A DNA stretch of 64,000 nucleotides from Candidatus Moraniibacteriota bacterium. Its GTDB lineage: Bacteria > Patescibacteriota > Minisyncoccia > Moranbacterales > UBA1568. A program made the position numbers and the translations under genes. The stretch lies in the NCBI GenBank assembly GCA_049289395.1, contig JBATLQ010000045.1:5565-69564 (forward strand). Reading direction: 5' to 3'. The first letter of the stretch is position 1; every line of letters begins with the position of its first letter. Shown here one piece after another: positions 9,821-19,900 of this stretch. The notes under the pieces were generated by a model. It was not told where the DNA came from and ran no database searches. It was given only the letters and a program-made list of their open reading frames with translations.

Positions 9821-9871
9821 ATATGAAAAATCATGGGAGATGCCCGCAATTTCTCATTCTTGCACGCCACG

Positions 9872-10783
9872 CTAAAATAATTCCAATTGTCTCTTGATGC
9901 TCCTCCCAACACCATCCGCCTCCTCATACCTTGCTGCATCGATATCTTGTTTCTGAGCAAGGCGCCGCTGAATCAAAGCGAGTTGTTTCCGATAGATATT
10001 TGCTATTTCATATTTACCACATTCCTCTGCAAATCTCGAAAAACTCATCAATTGCTGAGCCACCTGATGGAGAATGAGCTTCTGCACGGGGTGCGTTGCA
10101 AACTCTTTTTTACGAGCATCATCAACCCACATCCGCGCGAGTTCAATCAGGTGCGACCGATCTACTCCGATGACCACTCGTGGCAAATTCTGATACACAC
10201 CCTTGTGATGCGATCGTTCCGACTCAAAGTACCTAATGTGAGCAAGCTCCCCTGCTGCGATCTCCTCTTTTATCTTTTCAATCTTCGATCGCAATTTCGT
10301 TTCTCCAAAAGTCACATCGACAGCGAGTCCCATATGGGTGAATTGATCCATGCCCTCATCAAACTCCACAATCAGATCAACTCCATTTTTCAAATCATCA
10401 TACCGCGATGTCTTTATCGTTCTGACACCATCACCGAACCAATTGCTCTGCTCGATATGCTCATACAAAATAGCTTCAATAATATCAGCATGAATTTTAT
10501 CGATATCTAATGTCTTCAAAAATTGTTGATTCATCTCTTCCGCCCATTCGATATCCGCTTTCACCACCTCCTGATCATATGGGGGGTCATGGGGATCATA
10601 TTTTGCATTGTCTTCGGGGTCGTGTTGGGGTAAAAATGATTCTGGCTTGATAGCCCCCTCGGCAATCTTCTTCTGCGCCTTCATATAGGCCTCACGAACA
10701 AATGGGAGCACTTCCCGGAGTATTTCCTCCGGAGTTCCATGTAATTTCTCCGATCTCGGTTCGCCAAACCCTTGTTCACTCAT
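9872..10783 (-). CDS. hypothetical protein (303 aa)
   Basis: long ORF with coding-like composition; no family recognised. Confidence 0.5.
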   Translation of the reverse strand: MSEQGFGEPRSEKLHGTPEEILREVLPFVREAYMKAQKKIAEGAIKPESFLPQHDPEDNAKYDPHDPPYDQEVVKADIEWAEEMNQQFLKTLDIDKIHADIIEAILYEHIEQSNWFGDGVRTIKTSRYDDLKNGVDLIVEFDEGMDQFTHMGLAVDVTFGETKLRSKIEKIKEEIAAGELAHIRYFESERSHHKGVYQNLPRVVIGVDRSHLIELARMWVDDARKKEFATHPVQKLILHQVAQQLMSFSRFAEECGKYEIANIYRKQLALIQRRLAQKQDIDAARYEEADGVGRSIKRQLELF

Positions 10784-10820
10784 ATTTTTGACATTTGAAA
10801 TTTGAAATTTAATATTGTTC

Positions 10821-13454
10821 TTAAATCTCTCCCCAATTCTTCCCGATAGCGGTCTCGACGATGAGGGGTACCGAGAGAGTATACGCGCTTTCCATCACTT
10901 TCTTCAAATCCTTCGCGAATGATTCGGCGGTATCCTCCTTCACTTCGAAAATAAGTTCGTCATGCACCTGGAGGAGCATCTTCACCCGAAACGCATCCCG
11001 ATTATATTCCCTCACGAGCTGTTCCGCCGCGAGCATGGAGAGTTTCATGATATCCGCCGCGAGTCCCTGCACCGGCATATTGATCGCCATGCGTTCCCCG
11101 CTCCGTGCCACCATCACATTCTCGCTCCGGATCTCCGGTACCGATCGTCGCCGCCCGAGCTCCGTCTCCACAAATCCTTTTTCACGCGCACTCACCTTCA
11201 TCGATTCCATGAATTCCGCGACCTTCGGAAACTTCGCGAAGTATGCCGTGATAAATTCACCCGCCTCCTTCTGCCCGATTTCCGCCGCCTGCGCGAGGCC
11301 GAATGCGCCCATGCCGTACATGAGTCCGAAGTTGAACACTTTCGCCTGCCGACGCATATCATTCGTTACCAATTCCGGCGCGACCCGAAACACGACCGCC
11401 CCCGTCGTCCGATGCACATCCTCGCCTTTCTGAAATGCCTCCACGAGCGCGGGGTCACCCGAGAGATGTGCCATGACCCGCAATTCGATCTGCGAATAAT
11501 CCGCCCCGACGAAGAGATATCCATCCTCCGCTTCGAATGCGCCACGAATCTTTTCGCTCCACGCATTGCGGGCGGGAATATTCTGCAAATTCGGATTGGA
11601 CGAAGAGAGTCGCCCCGTCGCCGCGACCGCCTGATGATAGGTCGTGTGAAGCCTCGACTGCGCATCGACGAGCGTCGGGAGTGCATCGAGATAGGTCGTC
11701 TTCAATTTGAAGAGCTCCCGATACTGTTCGATGAGTCCCGCGATCGGATATTCCGCTTTCAATTTGATGAGTTCCGGTGAGGCAGTCGAGATGCCCGTCT
11801 TCGTCTTCTTCACACCCGCGGTCGGAATTTTCAAATCGACGAAGAGAATTTCTGCGAGTTGCTTCGGTGAATTGATATTGAATTCCCGTCCCGCATATTT
11901 GTAGATCTCCTGCTCGAGTCCGGTAATTTCCAGGGTGAGCTCTACTGAGAGCGCGCGAAACTTTTCCGTATTCAACCGGATGCCATTTTCTTCCATCTCT
12001 GCGAGTATCGGAAGGAGTGGCATTTCAATTTGTTCGAATACCGTTCGCACCGTTTTCCCCCCGACCTGATCCTTCGCCATCTCATCCATCTGCTCTGCAA
12101 AATGTTTTTCCAATTGAAGCACCGCCCGCGCCTTCTCTCCGGCTCCGGAGATCTCCTCCATACCGAGCTCCGAGAGTATCAGCCGTTCGAATGACACATC
12201 ACTCCCAGCACTGAGGAGGTATGCCGCGATTTCCACATCGAAAGCGATATTTTTCACAGCTATCTTCTCTGCCGAAAGCCCATGCATGATCGCTTTCCCA
12301 TCGAAGGCCGCTTTTCCGATAGATTCATTTTCGAAAAACTTTTTCAGAAAGACTTTCGTTTCTTCATTCCAGATAATCACTCCCGTTGATTTCTCTGTCG
12401 AGAGGCCAACACTCTCGAGAGCCGAACCAAAGAGCGATCCCATACCCTTTTCCAACCACACCCCAACCCGCATATTCTCTCCAAGAAAATCATTATACTC
12501 TCCCTCTGTCTTGATATTTTTTACCTTCTTTGTTCCCTGTTCCCTGTTCCCTGTTCCTTGTTCCTTGTTCCCTGTTCCCTGTTCACTCCCTGGCAGTCGT
12601 TTCAACAAACTGAAAAATCCGAGCTCCTGCAATAATGCTCCGACGATTTTTTTGTCATAATCTTTCACCACACACTTCTCGAGGTCGAGGGTCACCGGCG
12701 CATCGATACGAATCGCGCCAAGCGTCTTACTGAGGAATGCCTGTTCCTTATCTGTTTCCAATTTCTTCCGCACGGATTCTTTCACTTCTGGCAGATGCGC
12801 ATAGATATTTTCGAGCGTGCCGAACCCTACAAGGAGATCCGTCGCCGTCTTCGCACCGATACCCGAGACGCCCGGGATATTGTCCGAATTGTCCCCGGCG
12901 AGTCCCTTGTAATCCGGAATCTGCGACGGAGTGAAACCATATTTCGCGACGACCGCCGGCACATCATAGAGAACCAGATCCTTCAGACCCTTCCGTATCG
13001 AGAATACCTTGATATGATCATCCACGAGTTGCAGTGCATCATTGTCCCCCGTCACGATGATCACTTCGACACCCTGCGCGCCCGCCTGCTTCGCGATACT
13101 CCCGACGCAATCATCCGCTTCGAATCCGGCGAGCTCGTAGATCGGGATATTCATCGCGCTGACCACCTCTTTCACCCGCGGAATCTGCGCGTACAAATCA
13201 TCCGGTGCTTTCGTCCGCGTCGCTTTGTAGTCCGTATACAATTCATCCCGAAAAGTCTTCCCTTTCAAATCGAAAGACGCCGCGATATATTCCGGATGAA
13301 ACTTCTCCAAAACCGAGAGAAGCGTCGAAGTAAACCCGTACACCGCATGCACCACCTCGCCTTGCTTCGTCGTGAGTGGCGGCAAAGCATGATAGGAGCG
13401 GTGAATCAGCGCGTTCCCATCGATGAGCACCAGTACTTTTTTCTTGTTTTCCAT
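10821..13454 (-). CDS. polA: DNA polymerase I (5'-3' exonuclease + polymerase domains) with low-complexity EQGTGN insertion
   Basis: 5'-nuclease motifs VLVLIDGNALIHRSYHAL; polymerase motifs RRQAKVFNFGLMYGM and LQVHDELIFEV; listed 13493 start is TTG, ATG at 13454 (MENKKKVLVLIDG) preferred. Confidence 0.85.
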   Translation of the reverse strand: MENKKKVLVLIDGNALIHRSYHALPPLTTKQGEVVHAVYGFTSTLLSVLEKFHPEYIAASFDLKGKTFRDELYTDYKATRTKAPDDLYAQIPRVKEVVSAMNIPIYELAGFEADDCVGSIAKQAGAQGVEVIIVTGDNDALQLVDDHIKVFSIRKGLKDLVLYDVPAVVAKYGFTPSQIPDYKGLAGDNSDNIPGVSGIGAKTATDLLVGFGTLENIYAHLPEVKESVRKKLETDKEQAFLSKTLGAIRIDAPVTLDLEKCVVKDYDKKIVGALLQELGFFSLLKRLPGSEQGTGNKEQGTGNREQGTKKVKNIKTEGEYNDFLGENMRVGVWLEKGMGSLFGSALESVGLSTEKSTGVIIWNEETKVFLKKFFENESIGKAAFDGKAIMHGLSAEKIAVKNIAFDVEIAAYLLSAGSDVSFERLILSELGMEEISGAGEKARAVLQLEKHFAEQMDEMAKDQVGGKTVRTVFEQIEMPLLPILAEMEENGIRLNTEKFRALSVELTLEITGLEQEIYKYAGREFNINSPKQLAEILFVDLKIPTAGVKKTKTGISTASPELIKLKAEYPIAGLIEQYRELFKLKTTYLDALPTLVDAQSRLHTTYHQAVAATGRLSSSNPNLQNIPARNAWSEKIRGAFEAEDGYLFVGADYSQIELRVMAHLSGDPALVEAFQKGEDVHRTTGAVVFRVAPELVTNDMRRQAKVFNFGLMYGMGAFGLAQAAEIGQKEAGEFITAYFAKFPKVAEFMESMKVSAREKGFVETELGRRRSVPEIRSENVMVARSGERMAINMPVQGLAADIMKLSMLAAEQLVREYNRDAFRVKMLLQVHDELIFEVKEDTAESFAKDLKKVMESAYTLSVPLIVETAIGKNWGEI
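12528..12590. repeat. heptamer microsatellite (TGTTCCY)x8 inside polA coding sequence
   Basis: tgttccc tgttccc tgttccc tgttcct tgttcct tgttccc tgttccc tgttcac; encodes EQGTGN[KR] repeats; 3 related heptamers also at 6058-6080. Confidence 0.8.
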
Positions 13455-13593
13455 ATCCGCAGTATAATCCGCCAAGAGATTTTCCGCTACCAACCACAGA
13501 CATTGACTGATTACTCATGATAAAAAAAGTGTCACCCACTTATTCGTTTTTTCCCAAAAGCATTTTCAACGCAACCAACCAGGAGGCATCACC

Positions 13594-13992
13594 ATGCAAC
13601 CCAGAGACATATTGAATACCGCAACAATTCTCTTTCTTGCCATCATGAAATCGTTCCTCGAATGGATCGTCATCATGATTATGGTCGTCATCACAATGAT
13701 AATGCTCTTTTCAGCGAACGAACCAGACGCCAATGCGACCCTTGAGTCTGGTGTTATCGAGATAATCATCGGCGGAGAATATGCGCTGGCGACCGGATTC
13801 TTTATCTGGAACACTCCCGCAAGGAATCACACCTTCTATTTCTTCCTCATGGGGGCATCCATCGTGATCGCCACGAGTGTCTATCTCCTCCTTGGTAGTT
13901 ACTTCGTATTCTGCCTCTTCCTCGGAAGTGTCGGGATCTGGTACCAAATCACCCTCACCCAGCTTCGGCCGGCGACAACGACTCCCGATTGA
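13594..13992 (+). CDS. hypothetical small membrane protein
   Basis: 132 aa, 3-4 hydrophobic helices; followed by terminator. Confidence 0.5.
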   Translation: MQPRDILNTATILFLAIMKSFLEWIVIMIMVVITMIMLFSANEPDANATLESGVIEIIIGGEYALATGFFIWNTPARNHTFYFFLMGASIVIATSVYLLLGSYFVFCLFLGSVGIWYQITLTQLRPATTTPD

Positions 13993-14037
13993 TGCAAACA
14001 ACGAACGAGCACTGGGTAATCACCCACACCCCTCGCC

Positions 14038-14072
14038 AACCCGCCGGCATCATCACGGCGGGTTTTTTATTT
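14038..14072 (+). terminator. intrinsic terminator
   Basis: CCCGCCGGC-loop-GGCGGG followed by TTTTTTATTTT. Confidence 0.65.
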
Positions 14073-14116
14073 TCACTCAAAGAAGAATAAGGAGTCCTAT
14101 AATTGGAAATTTCCCA

Positions 14117-14446
14117 CTATCGGCGGGCAGCGATGGCGAAATCGAGAAAATATTTCCGCCATGACTCTTTCGTCGAACCGTATATATTCTCACCGATGAA
14201 AAAATCGAGGAAAAGCTCGCGCGAACGCGCCACCTCTTTCAATCGTCCGAAATTCTTGGGATCTCCGAGCGTCATATCAAAAAGCTCCAACCCCCGGTAC
14301 AGTGCCGCCTCGGACTGAGCGAGATCGTTTTTCTCGCGTCCCCGCAGAGCGCGCTCTATCTCACTCCCGATATTGCCCATCTGCTCGACTAGCGAAAATT
14401 CGCACCAGTGCGAAGTAGAGAGATTTTTATGAAAAGCGGTTCTCAT
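14117..14446 (-). CDS. hypothetical protein (109 aa)
   Basis: ORF overlapping upstream gene stop by 4 nt (operon-like). Confidence 0.4.
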   Translation of the reverse strand: MRTAFHKNLSTSHWCEFSLVEQMGNIGSEIERALRGREKNDLAQSEAALYRGLELFDMTLGDPKNFGRLKEVARSRELFLDFFIGENIYGSTKESWRKYFLDFAIAARR

Positions 14447-14823
14447 AGCGCAACGAGTTCTTTCACGACCCCCCGTATCTTTTCCCGTATCTCTTCGCTT
14501 TCTACATTTCTACTCCTATTATTCTGGCGTGGACGCACATTGATCATCGAGTCGAATTCGAGAAAATCGCTTTCGTCATTATCCGGGTAGAAGTTGATGC
14601 CCCACAAATTCTCCTGTTTCGAGCCAGACTCGAGGAGTGCCGCTTCTTCATCGGCATGCATCTCAGCATCTACTGCCATACTGTGCTGCTCGATATCCAC
14701 CACCGCCTTCACGAGCCCACCGAACATCTTTTCAGACATCTCATGCAATTCGGCTCGGGTAACTTTTTCTCCAGGCTGTATGATTCTCATAAGTTTCTCA
14801 TGTGTATACCGGCAGTATATCAA
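14443..14823 (-). CDS. hypothetical protein (126 aa)
   Basis: ORF in operon with 14117..14446. Confidence 0.4.
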   Translation of the reverse strand: MIYCRYTHEKLMRIIQPGEKVTRAELHEMSEKMFGGLVKAVVDIEQHSMAVDAEMHADEEAALLESGSKQENLWGINFYPDNDESDFLEFDSMINVRPRQNNRSRNVESEEIREKIRGVVKELVAL

Positions 14824-14914
14824 GAAAGGATGTCATTCTCAATGATGGCGATCTCCCTCGTTTTTACTTGGATCTAAGAATTAGAATGCTTCGAGAACCT
14901 CAGCGAGCCATCGT

Positions 14915-15367
14915 TCATACCGGTTCACCAATAGATTCCACGCTTATTTCTCGTTCATTTTCAGAGAGCGTCCGAAGCGATATTTCGATCCTTTTCTCCG
15001 GAAGAAGTTCTGCGATACGATTCGGCCATTCGAGGAGGGTCACTCCATCCGGGTCGCTGATCCATTCCTCGAAACCGATTTCACGGAACTCTGGTGCGCC
15101 GAGGCGATACGCATCAGCATGATAGATATACTTAATACCGCTCTCAGTTGGCATCGTGAGGTCATATTGCTTCATGAGAATAAATGTCGGGCTGACGAAT
15201 GGTTTCTCTGCACCGAGCCCTTCGAGCAACCCCTGAATGAAGGTCGTCTTCCCAGCGCCGAGATTCCCTTCGAAACAGACGAGTGTCCCGGGTTTCAATG
15301 TGCGCGCAAAGTTCCTCCCGACTTCACGGGTTTCTTCGGCAGAATGTGTAGTAAATGTTTGAGTCAT
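14915..15367 (-). CDS. tsaE: tRNA threonylcarbamoyladenosine biosynthesis ATPase TsaE
   Basis: 150 aa; Walker A GNLGAGKTTF and SPTF motif typical of YjeE/TsaE. Confidence 0.8.
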   Translation of the reverse strand: MTQTFTTHSAEETREVGRNFARTLKPGTLVCFEGNLGAGKTTFIQGLLEGLGAEKPFVSPTFILMKQYDLTMPTESGIKYIYHADAYRLGAPEFREIGFEEWISDPDGVTLLEWPNRIAELLPEKRIEISLRTLSENEREISVESIGEPV

Positions 15368-15380
15368 AATAATTCCATAA

Positions 15381-15450
15381 AGAGAGTTGAGGGTTTTTAC
15401 AACGGTGGTTCCGCTTTTTGAGCGGTACGACCGCTGATTGAAAGAATCTT
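15381..15450. repeat. REP-like intergenic hairpin repeat, copy B
   Basis: agagagttgagggtttttacaacGGTGGTTCCGCTTTTTGAGCGGTACGACCGCTG; left flank shared with copy D. Confidence 0.6.
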
Positions 15451-15592
15451 ATTCACAAATACTAAGCCATAAATCACAAAAACGCCACATTTGACTTCCG
15501 CTCCATATCTTGGTACCGTACCCTCTTGCTTTATGCTGGGTTAAAGCGTTTTATTTTGACATTTGATATTTGGATTTTGAAATTTTCCCCGT

Positions 15593-16729
15593 ATGTCCCT
15601 CACTCCCGAACAGCAATTCACCGATCTCCTCAATCGCTCGCTCGAGCCCCTCATTCTCATCCCGAGGAATCCTTCCCTCGATGTCCTCTCATCGGCCTTC
15701 GCTCTCGGGCATTTCTTCGAGCGAAGGGGCGCCCATGCCACTCTCGTCGGCGAACAGATCAATGAAAAGGCTACAGGGCTCACCTTCCTCACTCGACCGA
15801 ACACCATGCTCGACGCGCTCACGGGTGCACGCGAATTCATCCTCGCCTTCAACACCGAGCGGAATCCCATCATCGGCATCCGGAGCGCGCAGGAGGAGAA
15901 TGAGTTCCGCGTCTATGTCACGCCGGAGCACGGCATCATCGACCCGCGGGACTTCTCTTTCGTGCCAGCACATTTCAAACACGACCTCGCCATCATCCTC
16001 GGCGCCGCGGATAAGGAAACGCTCGGCAAAACCTACACTGATAATCCGGACCTCTTCTACGAACTCCCCATCGTAAATATCGATTGTCATGCCGACAACG
16101 AACGATTCGCTCAGGTGAATCTCGTCGATATCACCGCGTCATCCGTCGCAGAGATCATCGGGAGAGTCCTCCTCGAAAACACCAAGCAAAAAATCGACCC
16201 GAGTATCGCCGAATGTCTCTATGCCGGTATCGTCGCCGCGACCGAAAGCTTCCAGAAACAAAATACTCAACCCAAAGCACTCGAGGTGAGTGGGAAGCTC
16301 CTCGACCTCGGTGTCGATCAGCAGAAAATCATCCGCGCACTCTATCGCAGTGACTCCCTCGCCCTCCTCAAACTCTGGGGTCGTGCCATGAGCACCATCC
16401 GCGAGGACGATACGATCCACCTGGTCTCTGCCACGGTCACCGCCGAAGATATCGTGCAGTCGCGCGCCCATCCCGACATCCTCCCGACCGTCCTTGATCG
16501 CATCAAACGACATTCCGCGACCGGGCAATTTTTCCTCCTCCTCGTACCCGAAATCTCCGGTGGCACCACCACCTATATCGAGGCGACCAATATCGACGCA
16601 CTCTTCCCGCTCCTCCAAAAACTCAGCCCGAAGGAAACTATTGGCGAGACATTCATCTTCTCCTTCCCTGACCTGACCCCCGAACAAACCGAGGAACACA
16701 TCCTCTCCCTCCTCACACCGAAAAAGTAA
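15593..16729 (+). CDS. DHH/DHHA1-family phosphoesterase-like protein (NrnA-like, motifs degenerate)
   Basis: 378 aa; NIDCHADN in place of canonical NIDHHxxN; C-terminal DHHA1-like GGGH replaced by GGTT. Confidence 0.5.
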   Translation: MSLTPEQQFTDLLNRSLEPLILIPRNPSLDVLSSAFALGHFFERRGAHATLVGEQINEKATGLTFLTRPNTMLDALTGAREFILAFNTERNPIIGIRSAQEENEFRVYVTPEHGIIDPRDFSFVPAHFKHDLAIILGAADKETLGKTYTDNPDLFYELPIVNIDCHADNERFAQVNLVDITASSVAEIIGRVLLENTKQKIDPSIAECLYAGIVAATESFQKQNTQPKALEVSGKLLDLGVDQQKIIRALYRSDSLALLKLWGRAMSTIREDDTIHLVSATVTAEDIVQSRAHPDILPTVLDRIKRHSATGQFFLLLVPEISGGTTTYIEATNIDALFPLLQKLSPKETIGETFIFSFPDLTPEQTEEHILSLLTPKK

Positions 16730-16789
16730 CATCAACCCAACGGTCGTGGTGATCATGTGACATTTCTCAAATTGTTTTTCATTCGCATC

Positions 16790-16817
16790 TACAGGGGTTG
16801 AACCCCTGTTTTTTGCG
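16790..16817 (+). terminator. intrinsic terminator
   Basis: CAGGGGTT-GA-AACCCCTG followed by TTTTTTG. Confidence 0.7.
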
Positions 16818-16970
16818 TATGATTCTTCATCTCTCTTTCCCACTCATTCTTTTCTCAAAATATGCTAAAATGAATGAAAAGAATTGCAAAAAAAATTTCC
16901 TCATCTCTATTATCCAACTTCTCACTATCTCTCCTAAACTCTCTCCTCTCAACTCTAATCTCTTCTCCCT

Positions 16971-19900
16971 ATGGTTCAAGTCATCCAAGGCACACAAAAC
17001 GACGATCTCTCGAAACAATCGAGTGAGCTCGATGAGCAACTCCAGAAAATAAAGACCGCTTCTATCGAAGAGGAGGCTTCGAGACTCGCTTCCGAATGCG
17101 GTCTCGCCTATGCTGACCTCCATCTCTTCCCCATCCTCGCCGAAGATATCCGGCTCGTGCCCGAAGAAGATGCAACCAAGTTGCAAATAGCCCTCTTCCA
17201 ACAAAGCGGGAAAACCGCTCATTTCGGCATGATAGAGCCTGGAAATGAGGACTCCCGAAATGCTATCACCAAGCTCTGCGAGAAAAATGATTGGAAGCCA
17301 GTGCTCCATGTCATCTCGCAGCCCTCTTTCGACAAGGCGATCGCTATCTATCACGATGCACCCCTCATCAAGAGCCTCGACCTCATGCGCGTCTCCCTCA
17401 CCGGAGCGGACCTCGAAAATTTCGAGAAGAATTTCGGCATGCTCCTCGACCTCGAACACACTTTCCAGAAGGTCTCCACCTCGCAGGTCATCGAAACTAT
17501 CCTCGCGGGGGCGAAACAAATGCGCGCGAGTGACATCCACCTCGAACCCGAAGAAGAGGCGACGCGCCTGCGCTACCGCATCGACGGCGTCCTCCAAGAC
17601 ATCGGAAAATTCCCGAAGTCCGTCTATCACCTCGCCACCTCCCGTATCAAGATGCTCGGGAAGATGCGACTCAATATCCGTGACCGTGCGCAGGACGGTC
17701 ATTTCTTCATCGACCTCGACGGGAAGCGCATCGACATCCGCGTGAACAGCATCCCCGGAAAATACGGCGAGAATATCAACATGCGACTCCTCTCCGCTGA
17801 TAGTCTCGTCGCCAAGGTAGAAGAACTCGGACTGCGCGGTCTCGCCTACGATGCCGTCCGTTCGGAAATCGGGAAGCCCCACGGCATGATTCTCAATACC
17901 GGACCGACCGGCTCCGGCAAGACGACCACCCTCTATACCCTCCTCGGTCAGATGAACGAACCCGGGAACAAGATCATCACCATCGAGGATCCGATCGAAT
18001 ACTCACTGAAGGGCATCGTCCAGACCGAAGTCGCCAAGGGTGGTCAATACACCTTCGCAGACGGCCTGCGCGCCATCGTTCGTCAGGATCCCGACATCAT
18101 CCTCGTCGGTGAGATTCGCGATGAAGAAACCGCTGACATCGCCGTGAACGCCGCCCTCACCGGACATCTCGTCCTCTCCACCCTCCATGCGAACAGTGCC
18201 TCCGCCGCCGTCCCCCGTCTCCTCGAACTCGGCATGAAACGAGAAATGATCACTTCATCCGTCAATTGTTTCATCGCGCAGAGGCTCGTCCGCGTTCTCT
18301 GTGATACTTGCAAAACCTCCTACGAACCCGCGAGAGAAACCGTCGATTCACTGAAAGAGCTTATCGCGATCATCTCTCCGAAATCGAAAGTAGACATTCC
18401 GAAAGAAATCCCCGTGCTCTGGAAATCCGTCGGCTGTCCCTCATGCAATATGACCGGATTCCGCGGCAGGAAGGGTATCTTCGAAGTCCTCCTCATGTCT
18501 CAGCCCGTGACGCAGGTCATCAATGACCTCGGCACCGAAGACGCGATACTCCGCACCGCCCTCGAAGACGGTATGGTGACTATGACGCAGGACGGGATCC
18601 TCAAATCGATCGAGGGTCTCACCACGCTCGAAGAAGTGTGGCGCGTCGCGGATCAAGCCGACATCCTCCGTGATATCTACAATGAACTCATGCCGAGCGC
18701 GCTCTCTCGCTCCTCGGTCATACCAACGCCACTCCTCGAAAAGGTCAAGGCACATCTCGGCAACTTCACTGATTTCTCCGCGTTCACGAAAGAGCTCCCT
18801 CAGAACGAATTCTTCCGTGCTATTTTCGCTGCGGCACTGCTCCTCCGTGCTGGCGACATCCACCTGGAGCCGACCGATACCGAAGTGCTCGTCAGGCTCC
18901 GCATCGATGGCATCCTCCAAACTGTCACCACTTTCCCGAAAAATAATTACCCGGCGATCCTCGGTGAAGTAAAACTCTGGGCCGGACTGAAGTCAGGAGA
19001 GCAAGCGGGCGTCGTCGATGGACGATTCTCTATCTCCATCGAAGAACCATTTGAGAATATTACCAATGTGCAGACCGACATCCGCCTCTCCATCATCCTC
19101 GGCGGTTTCGGTGAGACATCTGTCATGCGACTCCTCAGTAAGAATGCGGTGAAACTCGAACTCTCTTCCCTCCATATCCGCAAAGAAAATCTCGCGCGCA
19201 TCGAGGCCGCGATAAAGAAGCCGAATGGCATGATCCTCAATACCGGACCAACTGGCTCCGGCAAGACGACGACGCTCTACAGTATTCTTTCGGGACTCAA
19301 CAAACCCGAAGTGAAGATTATCACCGTCGAAGATCCGATCGAATACCAAATGCCCGGCATACTCCAAACTCAGGTGAACAATGAACAAGGCTATTCCTTC
19401 GCGCAGGCACTCCGTGCACTCCTCCGTCAAAATCCTGACATCATGATGATCGGTGAAATCCGCGATGAAGAGACCGCCCAGATTGCCGTGCAAGCCGCTA
19501 TCACGGGACACCTCGTCCTCTCCACTCTCCATGCGAACTCTGCCGCCGGTGCTATCCCCCGCATGCTCAATATGGGCGTCACCGGAGACGACCTCGCCAA
19601 TGCCGGGAACTGCTTCATCGCACAGAGACTCGTGCGACATCTCTGCGAGAACTGTCGCGAAGCAGTCACGCCGACTACAGAAGAGGCGACACTCATCGAA
19701 AACTATCTGAGTAAAATCACGCCAGCATCCGGTATCGAAAAGCCAAGCGCCGAAAAAATCTACCAAGCGAGGGGTTGCGAGAAATGTAACGGCACAGGAT
19801 ACACCGGACAAATCGTTCTCTCCGAAGCACTCACCGTCGATCAGTCCATCGAGGAACTCATCTCGCACAACGCACTCGCTTCTGAAATCGAAGCGAAGGC

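Noticed and set aside
10962-11780. 272-aa plus-strand ORF inside polA
   Set aside because: Arg/His-rich antisense ORF within the polymerase domain of polA.
14117-14823. Possible HEPN/MNT toxin-antitoxin pair
   Set aside because: Neither protein shows the GSx(n)DxD nucleotidyltransferase motif nor a clear Rx4-6H HEPN motif; left as hypothetical proteins.
16827-17882. 351-aa minus-strand ORF opposite pilB
   Set aside because: Extremely D/E/G-rich low-complexity translation, entirely antisense to a well-supported ATPase gene. Typical shadow ORF.
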